A DNA stretch of 64,000 nucleotides from assembly GCA_041398545.1 (NCBI GenBank), contig JAWKUM010000005.1, positions 132,921-196,920 of the forward strand, read 5' to 3'. The position numbers and the translations under genes were made by a program. Below, piece after piece: positions 1-10,406 of the stretch (positions within the stretch are counted from its first letter, which is position 1; each line of letters begins with the position of its first letter). The DNA comes from Planctomycetota bacterium (lineage in GTDB: Bacteria; Planctomycetota; UBA1135; GCA-002748355). The notes beneath the pieces were generated by a model. It saw only the letters and a list, made by a program, of their open reading frames with translations, did no database searches and was not told the origin of the DNA.

Positions 1-735
1 GACCGCGAGGAGAACGTCAAGGAGCTCCTGCTGCACGCGCGCCACTTCGACCGCGAGGCCGGCGACGACCCGGGCTCGGGCATCGAGGACATGGGCGCCG
101 TGCCGCTGTTCCTGGCCCAGGTCAGCCTCGCCTCCGACCGGCCCCGCGGCGAGGGCCGGGCCGAGGGCGTGCAGCTCATGACCGTGCACGCGGCCAAGGG
201 CCTCGAGTTCGACCACGTCCACGTCGTCGGCCTCGAGGAGGGCCTGTTCCCGCACTCGCTGTCGCTCGGGACCGACGCCGAGCTCGAGGAGGAGCGCCGG
301 CTGTTCTACGTCGCGGCGACGCGCGCCCGCCGGGAGCTCGTGCTGAGCCTGGCGACGCTGCGCGAGAGCTACGAGGGCGGCTGGCGGGCCAACACGGCCT
401 CGCGGTTCCTCGACGAGGCCGGCCTCGAGGCCGCCCCGCGCGACGGGCGCCGGGCCCCGGGCGCGGCGGGCCGCCCGTTCGAGGTCGTCGACGAACCCGC
501 TTGGGAGGAGCCTGTGCTCCGCTACGATGCCCCGCCCGGCACCGGCGGGGACGAGGAGCGGGCCTGCGCCGACTTCCACGAGGGCGAGCGCGTCCACCAC
601 GAGGCCTTCGGCGAGGGCACGGTGCTCCGGGCCTTCGGCGAGGGCCCGAGCGCCAAGGTGCAGGTCCTGTTTCCGTCCGGCGTCCGCACCCTGCTGATCG
701 AGTACGCGGCCCTGCAACGAGTGGAGGAGCATTGA
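1..735 (+). CDS. uvrD: UvrD/PcrA-type ATP-dependent DNA helicase, C-terminal part (5' end outside window)
   Basis: Frame 1 is open from base 1. The translation carries helicase C-terminal motifs (TVHAAKGLEFDHVHVVGLEEGLFPH; LFYVAATRARREL). Stop is TGA at 733-735. Confidence 0.85.
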   Translation, partial: DREENVKELLLHARHFDREAGDDPGSGIEDMGAVPLFLAQVSLASDRPRGEGRAEGVQLMTVHAAKGLEFDHVHVVGLEEGLFPHSLSLGTDAELEEERRLFYVAATRARRELVLSLATLRESYEGGWRANTASRFLDEAGLEAAPRDGRRAPGAAGRPFEVVDEPAWEEPVLRYDAPPGTGGDEERACADFHEGERVHHEAFGEGTVLRAFGEGPSAKVQVLFPSGVRTLLIEYAALQRVEEH

Positions 736-1658
736 GCGGCGAGGCCTACCTCGAGGAGATCCGGACCGTGCTGGAGCGGGCCGCCGCGACCCTCGACGAG
801 GCGGGGCGGCGCGCGCTGCTCGACCGCGTGCGCGCGCTGACGCGGGAGCCCGAGGAGGAGGCCGCGGCCACCGCGGGCCCGCGGGTCGAGGACTTCCCCG
901 GGCGCTTCGGGATCATCGGCGACTGCCCGGCCATGCAGGCCGTCTACGAGCTCATCGCCAAGCTCGCGCCCAGCGACTACCCGGTGCTGATCACCGGGGA
1001 GAGCGGGACCGGCAAGGAGCTCGTGGCCCGCGCGATCCACGAGCAGAGCCGGCGCAAGGCCCGGGTGTTCCTGTCCGAGAACTGCGCGGCGATCCCCGAG
1101 ACCCTGCTCGAGTCGATCCTGTTCGGGCACAGGAAGGGCTCGTTCACCGGCGCCCACCGCGACAACCCCGGTCACTTCGTAGCGGCCGACAAGGGCACGC
1201 TGTTCCTCGACGAGCTCGGCGACATGCCCCTGGTCATGCAGGGCAAGCTCCTGCGCGTGCTGCAGGACGGCGAGGTCCGGCCCGTCGGGGGCGACAAGAC
1301 GATCCGGGTCGACGTCCGCCTCGTCGCCGCGACCAACCGCGACCTCGACGTCCTCGTGCGCGAGAAGCGCTTCCGGGAGGACCTCTACTACCGCCTCAAC
1401 GTCCTGCAGATCCAGCTCCCGCCCCTGCGCGAGCGCGGCGACGACGTGCTGGTCCTGGCCGACTGGTTCCTGCAGCGCTCGGCGGCGGAGTCCGGCCGCG
1501 CCCACGTCCTCGGCGCCGATGCCAAGGAGCTCCTGCGCGGACAGCCCTGGCCGGGCAACGTGCGCCAGCTCGAGAACGCGATCCGGCGCGCAGTCGCCCT
1601 CGCCGAGGGGGAGGAAATCGGCACCCGGGACCTGAGCCTCGCCCCCGGCTCGACGTAG
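732..1658 (+). CDS. sigma-54-dependent AAA+ transcriptional activator (bEBP) lacking a receiver domain and a C-terminal HTH
   Basis: Walker [13 protein letters not shown], sigma-54 contact loop GSFTGA (GAFTGA variant), Walker [20 protein letters not shown]. The start is taken as TTG 732, with GGAGGAG just upstream and overlapping the uvrD stop; the ORF is open from 501. The protein ends about 25 aa after the AAA+ core. Confidence 0.8.
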   Translation: MSGEAYLEEIRTVLERAAATLDEAGRRALLDRVRALTREPEEEAAATAGPRVEDFPGRFGIIGDCPAMQAVYELIAKLAPSDYPVLITGESGTGKELVARAIHEQSRRKARVFLSENCAAIPETLLESILFGHRKGSFTGAHRDNPGHFVAADKGTLFLDELGDMPLVMQGKLLRVLQDGEVRPVGGDKTIRVDVRLVAATNRDLDVLVREKRFREDLYYRLNVLQIQLPPLRERGDDVLVLADWFLQRSAAESGRAHVLGADAKELLRGQPWPGNVRQLENAIRRAVALAEGEEIGTRDLSLAPGST

Positions 1659-1717
1659 AATCGCCGTCCCGCGCGCGTGCCGGCCGCCCCGCCCGCCGCG
1701 CTCCGCCCGAACCCCGC

Positions 1718-4408
1718 ATGACCGTGACCCCGTCCTCCAGGCCCCTCCGCGCCTGCCTCGCCGTCCTGACCGCGGTCCTGCTCCTCCTCGGAGGGGCCTG
1801 CGGGCCCAAGCCGGTCCGCCCGCCGCAGATCGAGACCGCCCTGGCCCTGGCCAAGCGCGGGCAGCTCGACGAGGCCCGCGCCGCGCTGGCCGCGGCGAGG
1901 CGCCTGCCGTCGGCCGAGACCTTCGCCAAGGACCTCGACATCGCCGACCAGCACGTCGCCTCCTTCGCCGAGGTCCACGCCCGCTTCGACGAGGAGCTGC
2001 GCGTCGACCTCCGGTCGATGACCCACTCGCAGCTCCAGCGCGAGTACATCATCAACAAGAAGCACCGCCTCAAGACGCGCTACGAGAAGGAGGCCTTCGA
2101 CGCCCTGCTGAGCCAGTTCGACGACTGGATCGCCCGCGTCGAGCAGGCCGACGGGGGCGCGCGGCCGAAGCCGCGGGACGACGGCGCCGGGCAGGCGCCG
2201 GCCAAGGACGCCGGCGGCGAGCCCGACAAGGGCGGCGGCGAGCAGGGCGGGACCGGCGACGGCGACCGGGCGCCCGATGACGGCGGCCAGGGCAAGGCCG
2301 AGGTCGACGCCGGCCGCAACCGCGTCTCGCAGGAGCTCAGCGAGCGCGAGCTCATGGGCGACGTCACCGGCGCGATGCTGGCCGAGGTCGACCGGATGAT
2401 CGAGGCCGGGCGCTTCGCCGCGGCCTTCGACAAGCTGCGCGAGGAGCTGCCGCGGGCCGGGGCCGACGCCGACCGCGTGCGCGCGCGGCTGTGGCAGGCC
2501 GAGGACGAGGCCGGCAAGAAGCTCGACGAGATCGTCGCCAAGGCGAGGAGCGAGGTCGACCACGGCCGCCTCGAGCGCGCGCTGGCGATCGTCGACATCG
2601 AGGGCCGCGGCTTCCCCCGGGAGGGCCGGTTCGGCGTCCTGCACGAGCTGGCCGCCGAGTACCGCCAGATGGTCCGGTCCGAGCGCCTGGCCAAGGTCAC
2701 CGGCGAGGCCGAGCCGGGCAACCCCGTGGCCGGCGGCGACGTCGTCGAGGGCGTGCCGAGCATCGCCGAGCTGCAGAAGATGTCGATGCCCGAGCTGCGC
2801 CAGGCGCGGTCCGGGCTCCTCGTCGGCGCCCGCGAGTACGAGGCCCGGCGCGAGTTCTCCGCCGCGGTCCTGGCCTACCGCCAGGTCGCGCAGATCTGCC
2901 GTGTGCAGGCGCCCTGGCTCGTCCAGCGCTACCTCGGCCTGTCCGAGGAGATGGGGCTGCTCGCGCACACGCTCGAGGGCCTCGCCCAGGCCCTGGCCGC
3001 CTCGCCCGACAAGTTCCACCGCGTCGACCTCGGGGACGGCCGCCGCGTCGACGTGACCGGCTTCGGGGCCGAGGGCTTCGACGTCCTGACCAAGGACGGG
3101 ACCGAGAAGCTGCCGCTGGCCAAGGTCAGCGACGCGGGCCTGCTCGAGCTCCTGCGCCGCTCGGTCGAGGAGCCGCGCGACCGCATGGGCGTCGCGATGC
3201 TGGCCGAGCGCGCCGGCATGCGCGACGAGGCCGAGAAGCTGCTCGCCTCGGCCGTGGCCAAGGACCCGGCGCTCAAGGGCGAGGTCGACCGCGCGATCGC
3301 GAGGCTGCGCGGCGAGGGCGAGGAGGGGGCCGAGGGCTACGTCCTCGAGAAGGGGCGCTTCGTCTCGGTCAGCTCGGTCAAGCGGCGCGAGCTGCTGGCG
3401 AAGTTCGAGAAGCGGTTCAAGGACGTCCTGACGCGCTCGACCGCCGAGGGCCGGGAGAAGGCCTACGAGAAGGTCGCGACCGAGGACGAGTTCAAGGGCT
3501 TCCTCGTCGACGGGCTGCTGGCCGAGAAGCGCCGGCTCCACACCGCGCTGACCAAGAACTCGTTCAAGGGCTCGTACAAGAAGCTCAAGGACCTCCGCGT
3601 CGAGCTCGACAAGCGGCGGGCCTTCGCCAAGGAGCTGATCTTCGACACGGTCAAGTACTTCTACCCGTACCGGCCGCCCGAGGTCAGCGGCGAGAAGTAC
3701 AAGGAGTACCTCGAGGTCCAGAAGGAGGTCGACGCCCGCGTCGACGCGATCCGCGAGATCTGGGACGGCAAGGAGGTCCGCGTCACGCTGCCCGGCGCCG
3801 TCCAGGACCAGCTCGAGGACTACCGCTGGCTGACGGCCAAGCTCGAGGCGCTCGGCGAGCGCACGCCGGAGCTCGACGAGAAGCTCGAGCTCCTGGCCGC
3901 GAGCTCCGGGGCCATGGACATCCGCACCTTCGCCGTCGACGAGCGGGAGCGGAAGGACTTCGAGGAGTGGGACCGCATCGAGGCCGACAACGAGGTCATG
4001 TTCGAGAAGATGGTCACGGACAAGGTCTTCAACCGCGAGCAGTGCGAGCAGATCCGCATCACCAACGCCTACCGGCGGATGTTCGGCCACCGCCCGCTCC
4101 GCTGCGACACGCGGCTCATGGAGGCCGCGCAGGGGCACAGCGAGGAGATGAACCGGCTGGGCTACTTCTCGCACACGTCCCCGACCCCGGGCCTGACCTC
4201 GCCCGGCGACCGCATGCGCAAGGCCGGCTACCCGGGCGGCGGCGGCGAGAACATCGCGATCAACGGCAGCCCCATGGGGGCCCACACGGCCTGGATCCAC
4301 AGCTCGGGCCACCACCGCAACCTGCTCAACGAGCACCACTGGGACATGGGCATCGGCGTCGTCGGCCGCTACTACACGCAGAACTTCGGCTCCGCCTCGG
4401 CGCGCTAG
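1718..4408 (+). CDS. large lipoprotein with a helical N-terminal region and a C-terminal CAP/SCP (YkwD-like) domain
   Basis: Signal peptide with lipobox (LLLLGGAC). The last ~130 aa ([44 protein letters not shown]) match the CAP/SCP/PR-1 family. The 896-aa frame is intact with normal amino-acid composition. Confidence 0.75.
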   Translation: MTVTPSSRPLRACLAVLTAVLLLLGGACGPKPVRPPQIETALALAKRGQLDEARAALAAARRLPSAETFAKDLDIADQHVASFAEVHARFDEELRVDLRSMTHSQLQREYIINKKHRLKTRYEKEAFDALLSQFDDWIARVEQADGGARPKPRDDGAGQAPAKDAGGEPDKGGGEQGGTGDGDRAPDDGGQGKAEVDAGRNRVSQELSERELMGDVTGAMLAEVDRMIEAGRFAAAFDKLREELPRAGADADRVRARLWQAEDEAGKKLDEIVAKARSEVDHGRLERALAIVDIEGRGFPREGRFGVLHELAAEYRQMVRSERLAKVTGEAEPGNPVAGGDVVEGVPSIAELQKMSMPELRQARSGLLVGAREYEARREFSAAVLAYRQVAQICRVQAPWLVQRYLGLSEEMGLLAHTLEGLAQALAASPDKFHRVDLGDGRRVDVTGFGAEGFDVLTKDGTEKLPLAKVSDAGLLELLRRSVEEPRDRMGVAMLAERAGMRDEAEKLLASAVAKDPALKGEVDRAIARLRGEGEEGAEGYVLEKGRFVSVSSVKRRELLAKFEKRFKDVLTRSTAEGREKAYEKVATEDEFKGFLVDGLLAEKRRLHTALTKNSFKGSYKKLKDLRVELDKRRAFAKELIFDTVKYFYPYRPPEVSGEKYKEYLEVQKEVDARVDAIREIWDGKEVRVTLPGAVQDQLEDYRWLTAKLEALGERTPELDEKLELLAASSGAMDIRTFAVDERERKDFEEWDRIEADNEVMFEKMVTDKVFNREQCEQIRITNAYRRMFGHRPLRCDTRLMEAAQGHSEEMNRLGYFSHTSPTPGLTSPGDRMRKAGYPGGGGENIAINGSPMGAHTAWIHSSGHHRNLLNEHHWDMGIGVVGRYYTQNFGSASAR

Positions 4409-4413
4409 GGGCG

Positions 4414-5025
4414 ATGGCCGGCCCGCAGCCGTTCCACCTCTACCGGCCGCACCCCTGGCACGGCCTCGACACCGGGGCCGCGCCCCCGGGCCGGGTCACG
4501 GCCTTCATCGAGATCACGCCCTTCGACCTCGTCAAGTACGAGCTCGACAAGGCCACCGGCTTCCTCCGCGTCGACCGCCCCCAGCCGACCTCGTCGCTGC
4601 CGCCGTGCCTCTACGGGCTGATCCCGCGCACCTACTGCGGCGAGGGCGTCCGGGCCCTGTGCCCGGGGGCCGCGCGCGCGGACGGCGACCCGCTCGACGT
4701 CTGCGTCCTGTCCGAGCGGCCGATCGCCAGGGCCGAGGTCCTGCTCCCGGTCAGGGTCGTCGGCGGCCTGCAGATGGTCGACCAGGGTGAGGCCGACGAC
4801 AAGATCATCGCCGTGCTCGAGCGCGACCCGTTCTACGCCGACGTCGACGAGCTCGACCGGCTGCCGCGCCCGATGATCGAGCGCCTGCGTCACTACTTCC
4901 TGAGCTACAAGGCGCTGCCGGGGACCGAGTCCGGCGTCTCGATCGAGCGCGTCTACGGCCGCGCGCACGCCGAGGCCGTCGTCACGGCCTCGATGGACGA
5001 CTACCGCAGGCTGTTCGCGTCCTGA
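4414..5025 (+). CDS. ppa: inorganic pyrophosphatase (family I)
   Basis: 203 aa. Motifs [22 protein letters not shown], and the typical C-terminus (HYFLSYK). ATG 4414 was placed by counting back from the stop at 5025. Confidence 0.9.
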   Translation: MAGPQPFHLYRPHPWHGLDTGAAPPGRVTAFIEITPFDLVKYELDKATGFLRVDRPQPTSSLPPCLYGLIPRTYCGEGVRALCPGAARADGDPLDVCVLSERPIARAEVLLPVRVVGGLQMVDQGEADDKIIAVLERDPFYADVDELDRLPRPMIERLRHYFLSYKALPGTESGVSIERVYGRAHAEAVVTASMDDYRRLFAS

Positions 5026-6014
5026 GCGCGGGCCTCGGCCGCGTGCCGGCGGTCCCGCTCGCGGCGCGCGGCGATCGTCTCGGGCGTCGAGCGCCAGCGC
5101 GGGTGGAACCACATCCAGTCCGACGGCGCGGCGCGGACCTCGCGCTCGATGACGTCGCTCCAGGCCCGGGTCAGCCGGTCGATCTCCTCGCTCCGGTCCC
5201 CGCCGCGCCGCGGCCGGATCGGGTCCGACGAGGCCAGCACGAGGCCGCGGCCGCGGCGGTGGGCCACGACGACGAGGATCGGCGCGTCCGCCGCCAGCGC
5301 CAGGGCGGCCGGGCCGGTCGGGGTCCAGGCCGGCTGGCCGAAGAACGGCACGAAGGTGCCCGACAGGCGGCGCACGTCCTGGTCGGCGACGAGGGCGACG
5401 AAGCCGCCGCCCTGGAGCAGGCGCAGCGAGCGCCGCGGCGACTCGTCCTGCCAGATCGTCTCGAGCCCGGTGCGGCGCCGGCCGCGCTCGGCGAGGCGCT
5501 GGAGCCAGGGGTTGGAGTTGCGGCGCGCGACGGCGGCGCCCGCGTGGGGGGCCAGCTCGCGCGCGGCGTAGAGGCCGAGCGCCTCCCAGTTGCCGAGGTG
5601 GCCGGTCACGAGCACGAGGCCGCGGCCCTCGGCGAGGAGCGCGCGGCAGCGGGCCACGACCTCGTCCCCGTCGAAGAAGTCGGCCGGCAGGCGGCCGCCG
5701 TGCAGGGCCAGGAGCTCGGCCGCGAGCCGGCCGAGGTTGCGGGCCAGCGCGCGCACGACCCGGTCGCGGTCGCGGGCCGGCAGCGCGTCGCCGTACGCGA
5801 GCTCGAGGTTGGCGCGGCTCGCGCGGCCGATCCGCGGCGCCGCGAGCCAGCGGGTCAGGAACGGCAGCACCCGCGAGGTCAGCGCGAACGGCAGCCGGCT
5901 GCCGACCGCCATCGCCCCCGAGGCGAGCATCCCGACGACGAAGCGACGCGCGCGCTTCAGGTCGCGCCGGATCCCGCCCCTCCGTCGTGCCGGCCCTGGT
6001 GCGCCCGCTTCCAT
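5001..6014 (-). CDS. lysophospholipid / lipid A biosynthesis (LpxL/HtrB family) acyltransferase
   Basis: 337 aa from ATG 6014. N-terminal TM segment, acyltransferase HX4(D/E)-type box VTGHLGNWE, and family-typical [16 protein letters not shown]. Sits next to LPS-kinase and lptFG genes. Confidence 0.75.
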   Translation of the reverse strand: MEAGAPGPARRRGGIRRDLKRARRFVVGMLASGAMAVGSRLPFALTSRVLPFLTRWLAAPRIGRASRANLELAYGDALPARDRDRVVRALARNLGRLAAELLALHGGRLPADFFDGDEVVARCRALLAEGRGLVLVTGHLGNWEALGLYAARELAPHAGAAVARRNSNPWLQRLAERGRRRTGLETIWQDESPRRSLRLLQGGGFVALVADQDVRRLSGTFVPFFGQPAWTPTGPAALALAADAPILVVVAHRRGRGLVLASSDPIRPRRGGDRSEEIDRLTRAWSDVIEREVRAAPSDWMWFHPRWRSTPETIAARRERDRRHAAEARAQDANSLR

Positions 6015-7411
6015 CGCGCGGAGCGTAGCCCGATCCTGCGCACGAAGGAACGGAGCGCGCGCTCGGGGCGGCCCAGGGCGCGGCGCTCGCGCAGGTACGC
6101 GCGCAGGAACCCGCGGCCCAGCACGGGCGCCGCGGCGGCGAGGGCCGGCGGGGCCTGCGCCGTGAGCCAGGCGTGGAGCCGGCCGAGGTCGGCGGCCTCG
6201 GCGCGCCCGCGGGCCCACGGGCGCAGGGCGCGGACGCCCTCGAGGTCGACGAGGTGGACCCGCCCGCGCGCGACCAGGAAGTTGTCGCCGCGGGCGTCGC
6301 GGAAGCGCCACCCGGTGCCGTGCAGGCGGCCGAGGGAGCGGCCGAGGTCGGCGGCGGCGGCGAGGGCCTCGCCGGGCGCGAGCGCGTCGAGGGGCCGGGC
6401 CCCGCGCAGCTCCTGGCTCAGCACGAGCGCCGTGCCGCGCCGGCCGCCGAGGAAGGCCAGCGCCCGCGGTGACGGCACGCGCCGCAGCGCGAGGCCCTCG
6501 GCCGCGAGCCAGTGGGCCAGGGCGCGGTCGGTCCGCCGGAGCTTGAGGATGCCGTCCGCCGTGCGCAGCACCGCGCCGCGGCGCCCGGCTTTGAGCGGCT
6601 CGCCGGTCGCGGCGAGGTCCTCGAGGTCGGCGCGCTCGAGGGCCAGCTCCCGGCGCTGGATCAGCCGCCCGCGCCGGCGGAACGAGCCCGAGTCGCGCAG
6701 GCAGCGGACGAGCCGCCGGGACAGCCAGGTCCGGCGCCAGCGCTCGAGGGCCCTGGGGCTCGGGTCGAGGCCGATGGGGGCGAACAGGGCCCGGCGCAGG
6801 GCCTCGTCCTCGGGCCAGGGCAGCGACAGGTACAGCGGCCGCAGCTCCCGCGGTCCGGGGCGGTGCGGCCCGCGCGCGAAGCGGGCGGCGTGCAGGTCGA
6901 GCAGGGCCAGGCCCCCGTCCTCGGCCCGGTGGAGGTTGCCGAGGTGGAGGTCGCCGTGCACGAGGCCGCCGGCGAAGGCGCGGGCCAGCAGGGCGCCGGC
7001 CGCGCCCAGGGCCTCGCGGGCGGCCCCGCGGTCCCGCGACGGGTCGCGGAGCCACGAGCCGAGGTCGCGGCCCGGGCCCAGGTCCGCGAGCCTGAGGACC
7101 TCGAGGCCCGGGCGGCGCGCGTGCCCGAGCGGCGCGGCGCAGGGCAGGCCGCGGGCGCGGGCCTCGGCCAGGCGCCGGCCCTCGGCCGCGAGGGGGGAGC
7201 CGCGCACGAGGCGCTTGAGCCGCTCCCGGAGGCCGCGGCGGCGGTCGAGCTTGAGCACCTCGGTCCCGCCCTCGCCCTCGACCCGGAGGACCATCCGGGT
7301 CGGGGACAGGTCGAGCACGCCCGGGACCGCGGGCCCCTCGCGCCCCTCGAGCCAGGCCGCGACGAAGGCGCGGAGGTCATCGGGCAGGATGTCGTCCAAG
7401 GGTTCGGTCAT
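5957..7411 (-). CDS. tandem lipopolysaccharide-kinase (Kdo/WaaP/InaA family) domain protein
   Basis: 484 aa from ATG 7411. Two kinase-like halves with catalytic-loop signatures (LVHGDLHLGNL, then DARGDNFLV ... HLVDLEG). Overlaps the downstream acyltransferase start by 58 nt. Confidence 0.7.
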   Translation of the reverse strand: MTEPLDDILPDDLRAFVAAWLEGREGPAVPGVLDLSPTRMVLRVEGEGGTEVLKLDRRRGLRERLKRLVRGSPLAAEGRRLAEARARGLPCAAPLGHARRPGLEVLRLADLGPGRDLGSWLRDPSRDRGAAREALGAAGALLARAFAGGLVHGDLHLGNLHRAEDGGLALLDLHAARFARGPHRPGPRELRPLYLSLPWPEDEALRRALFAPIGLDPSPRALERWRRTWLSRRLVRCLRDSGSFRRRGRLIQRRELALERADLEDLAATGEPLKAGRRGAVLRTADGILKLRRTDRALAHWLAAEGLALRRVPSPRALAFLGGRRGTALVLSQELRGARPLDALAPGEALAAAADLGRSLGRLHGTGWRFRDARGDNFLVARGRVHLVDLEGVRALRPWARGRAEAADLGRLHAWLTAQAPPALAAAAPVLGRGFLRAYLRERRALGRPERALRSFVRRIGLRSARWKRAHQGRHDGGAGSGAT

Positions 7412-7483
7412 GCAGGACCCGCGCGCGCTTCCTGCGGGCCACGACCACGCGTAACGTAGGCCCGGGACGAAGGCGAACCGAGA

Positions 7484-8569
7484 GTGTGGCGCTTCCACAA
7501 GTACTTCGGCAAGGAGCTCCTGACCAACCTGGGGCTGACGTTCCTGATGCTGTTCGGGATCGCCCTCCTGTCGGTCGTGGCCCGCGGCATCGAGCACGCC
7601 TCGGGGGCCAACATCGTGTGGGCCCTCCTGATCGCCCTGCTCCTGGCGATCGACACGGTCCCGCACCTGCTCAACATCTCGCTCCTGCTGGCGACCGTCT
7701 TCACGTTCAGCCGCTCGGCCGCGGAGAACGAGATCACGGCCCTCCGCATGGCCGGGATCTCGCCGATCCGCCTCATGGGCTCGGTGCTCTTCGTCGGGGC
7801 CTTCGTCGCCGCGATCAACTGCTTCCTGATCCACAACGTCATCCCGTACGTCCACTACAAGAAGTACCGGGTCATCGAGCCGCTCGTGCAGCAGCTCCTG
7901 TCGAGCCGGGAGACGACCAACAACTCGTGGGAGATCGGCGGCAACAGCCTCCGGTGGCGGCGGTCGGACGGGAACCGCTACGAGGGCCTGATCTTCAAGA
8001 AGCCCGAGCGTGACGGCCACCGCATCGAGGGCTTCGCGGCCTACGCCGAGCGCACGACCGACCGCTCCAAGCGGATCCTGACGCTGACCCTGCACGACGT
8101 GCGGCTGTTCCGCTACGAGCGCCTCGACGACGGCGCGCTGAGCCTCGAGAACCAGGGCCTCGAGGCGCACCTCAGCCTCTCGGTCGACCTGGAGGAGCTC
8201 CTCGGCAAGAACCAGCGCGAGGAGGGCGAGAAGGACGTCTCGACGGTCCAGCTCGTCTCCGAGTACGCCCGGGGGGGCTCCAAGCGCCCCGGCTACACGA
8301 GCTGGCTGATCCACGACCGCAACTCCCGCGGCCTGGCCGGCCTGCTGTTCGCGATCGTCGGGTTCCCGATCGGCCTCCTGATGCGCCGCGCCGGCCGGGG
8401 GGCCGCCGTGGCCTTCTCCCTCCTTCCCCTCGGCCTGTACTACCTGCTGCACATCGTCGTCAACCGGGCCCTGGCCACGAGCCTCGGGGCCTCGTGGCCG
8501 GCCTACCTGCCGCTGCTCGGCCTGTTCGGGCTGGCCTGGCTCCTCCTGCACCGGGCGTACCGCCGATGA
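7484..8569 (+). CDS. lptF: LptF/LptG family (YjgP/YjgQ) LPS export permease
   Basis: GTG start. 361 aa. N-terminal (F)HKYFGKELL.., three TM segments, a periplasmic beta-jellyroll-size insert, then three TM segments: the family architecture. Confidence 0.8.
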   Translation: MWRFHKYFGKELLTNLGLTFLMLFGIALLSVVARGIEHASGANIVWALLIALLLAIDTVPHLLNISLLLATVFTFSRSAAENEITALRMAGISPIRLMGSVLFVGAFVAAINCFLIHNVIPYVHYKKYRVIEPLVQQLLSSRETTNNSWEIGGNSLRWRRSDGNRYEGLIFKKPERDGHRIEGFAAYAERTTDRSKRILTLTLHDVRLFRYERLDDGALSLENQGLEAHLSLSVDLEELLGKNQREEGEKDVSTVQLVSEYARGGSKRPGYTSWLIHDRNSRGLAGLLFAIVGFPIGLLMRRAGRGAAVAFSLLPLGLYYLLHIVVNRALATSLGASWPAYLPLLGLFGLAWLLLHRAYRR

Positions 8570-9690
8570 ACCCGTTCCGCGGCCGGCGCCTCGACCAGTA
8601 CGTGGCCTGGAACTGCCTGGGCTCCTGGCTCGTGTGCCTGCTGTTCCTGGTCGGGCTGACGATCATCTTCGACCTGATCTCCAACCTCGAGTCGATGCTC
8701 CACAACCTCGAGGTGATCCGCCAGAGCACCGGCACCGACTACGGCATCTCGACGATCTTCCGCTGGTACGGCGTCTGGACGCCGTTCCTGTTCGAGCAGA
8801 TCGGCCCCTTCGTGACCGTCACGGCCGGGATGTTCGCCGTCACGCGGCTCATGGGGAACAACGAGATCGCGCCGATGCTGTTCTGCGGGCGCAGCCTGCA
8901 CCGGATCATGCTCCCGGTGTTCCTGATGGGGATCGGGACGGCCGGGATCATGGTCGGCATGCGCGAGTACGTCCTGCCGGCGCTCGTCGAGGCCAAGGAC
9001 GACCTGTTCTCGGTGCTCCACGAGGGCAAGGTCGAGCTCGTCGTCGAGGACCAGCTGTTCGAGCTCGTCGACGGCAACGCGCTGCTCGTCGACGTCCTGC
9101 GCCCCAAGACCGACCAGATCGAGGGCATGGTCCTGTACCTGCGCGAGCAGGGCGGCTACGTCCAGGCCTTCGTGGCCGCGAGCCACGCCCAGTTCAAGGA
9201 GCGCGGCGAGCGGGGGCCCGGCTGGTACCTGACCCACGGGCGCCGCACCGACCTCGGCACCGACGTCGGCTACGACGTCGACTTCCTGTCGACCGAGGTG
9301 CACCCGGCCCTCCACCCGAGCAGCCTGCGCAAGCTGCTCAAGGACCGCCGGGAGCTCCTCGACCTGTCGTACAGCGACCTGGCGACCCTGGTCCGCAGCC
9401 AGCCCGACCTCAAGGCCTACACGGTCTACCTGCACTACCACCTGACGTACCCCCTGGCCAACCTCGTGCTCCTGATCCTGGCCCTGCCGTTCGCGCTGCG
9501 CTTCGAGCGCGGCAGCAAGACCGAGCGCGTGTTCTTCGCCCTCGTCGTCTGCGGGGCCTACCTGATCACCGACATGGTCGCCCGCCAGCTGGGGGCCAAG
9601 GGCTTCCTCCACCCGGTCGTCGCGCCGTGGTCCCCGACCGTGCTGTTCGCCAGCCTGGGGGCCGTCATGTACGACACGGTCCGCAGTTGA
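8566..9690 (+). CDS. lptG: LptF/LptG family LPS export permease (second subunit)
   Basis: ATG 8566 overlaps the lptF stop (ATGA). N-terminal RLDQYVAWN.. and the same 3TM-insert-3TM layout as the preceding gene. Confidence 0.8.
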   Translation: MNPFRGRRLDQYVAWNCLGSWLVCLLFLVGLTIIFDLISNLESMLHNLEVIRQSTGTDYGISTIFRWYGVWTPFLFEQIGPFVTVTAGMFAVTRLMGNNEIAPMLFCGRSLHRIMLPVFLMGIGTAGIMVGMREYVLPALVEAKDDLFSVLHEGKVELVVEDQLFELVDGNALLVDVLRPKTDQIEGMVLYLREQGGYVQAFVAASHAQFKERGERGPGWYLTHGRRTDLGTDVGYDVDFLSTEVHPALHPSSLRKLLKDRRELLDLSYSDLATLVRSQPDLKAYTVYLHYHLTYPLANLVLLILALPFALRFERGSKTERVFFALVVCGAYLITDMVARQLGAKGFLHPVVAPWSPTVLFASLGAVMYDTVRS

Positions 9691-10394
9691 TGTCGGCGGC
9701 GGCCGGCCCTTTGCTCTCCGGGATGAGAACCGCCACGACCGCCCTGCTGCTCCTCGCCGCCTGCGCCTCGGGGACCGAGATCCCCGAGGGCGAGGGCCCC
9801 GGCCTGACGTCCTGGGACCGCGAGCCGCCGGCCGGGGCCGAGACCTTCGACCGGCCCGTGTGGACCGTCGGCGACCGCTTCGTCTACGACAAGGGCGGGC
9901 GGCAGACCCTCGACATCGGGGTCGTCAAGGTCGACGCGGACGGCATCGAGGCCGTCGAGCGCAGCACCGGGATGGTCTACCGGCTCGGCCCGGACCTCGA
10001 CGAGCGGGCGCGGTTCTCGCGCAAGGTCGCGGCGGAGCGCCGGGAATTCCTGCCCGGGCGACCGTGGATGCACTGGCCGCTGTGGGTCGGGAAGAAGTGG
10101 AGCGCCGGGTTCCTCGACCACCTGCCCGAGGGGGCCCGCATGCTGCAGGCCCACTACACCTGCGACGCGATCGAGACCGTCGAGACCGCGGCCGGCAGCT
10201 TCCGCGCGCTCAGGATCTGGGAGGAGCTGGAGCTCGTCGGCCAGGACTACCTGGAGCGCACGTCGGTGCACTGGTACGCCCCGGAGGTCGGCTGGTTCGT
10301 GCGCCGCCTCGACGGGGGGACGCTGGTCCTGCTCGAGGAGTTCGAGCGCCAGCAAAGTGGGACGCGGCCGACCGAGGATCCGGCCGGCCGCTGA
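9690..10394 (+). CDS. hypothetical lipoprotein, translationally coupled to lptG
   Basis: ATG 9690 overlaps the lptG stop (TGATG). Signal peptide with lipobox (LLLLAACASG). Intact 234-aa frame. No family recognised. Confidence 0.6.
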   Translation: MSAAAGPLLSGMRTATTALLLLAACASGTEIPEGEGPGLTSWDREPPAGAETFDRPVWTVGDRFVYDKGGRQTLDIGVVKVDADGIEAVERSTGMVYRLGPDLDERARFSRKVAAERREFLPGRPWMHWPLWVGKKWSAGFLDHLPEGARMLQAHYTCDAIETVETAAGSFRALRIWEELELVGQDYLERTSVHWYAPEVGWFVRRLDGGTLVLLEEFERQQSGTRPTEDPAGR

Positions 10395-10406
10395 GGTCCC
10401 TGGCGG

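Noticed and set aside
1388-4339. 983-aa ORF on the minus strand, antisense to the CAP-domain lipoprotein gene
   Set aside because: Its composition is the typical high-GC antisense artefact (runs of L/V/A/G/R/D mirroring the sense K/E/A/L codons), with no motifs. The sense frame has a lipobox and a CAP domain.
5957-6014. 58-nt overlap between the LPS-kinase gene end and the acyltransferase start as a sign of a fused or mis-framed gene
   Set aside because: The genes are in different frames and each has a complete domain set. An internal Met (MLASGAMAV.., 28 codons downstream) could be the true acyltransferase start and would remove the overlap.
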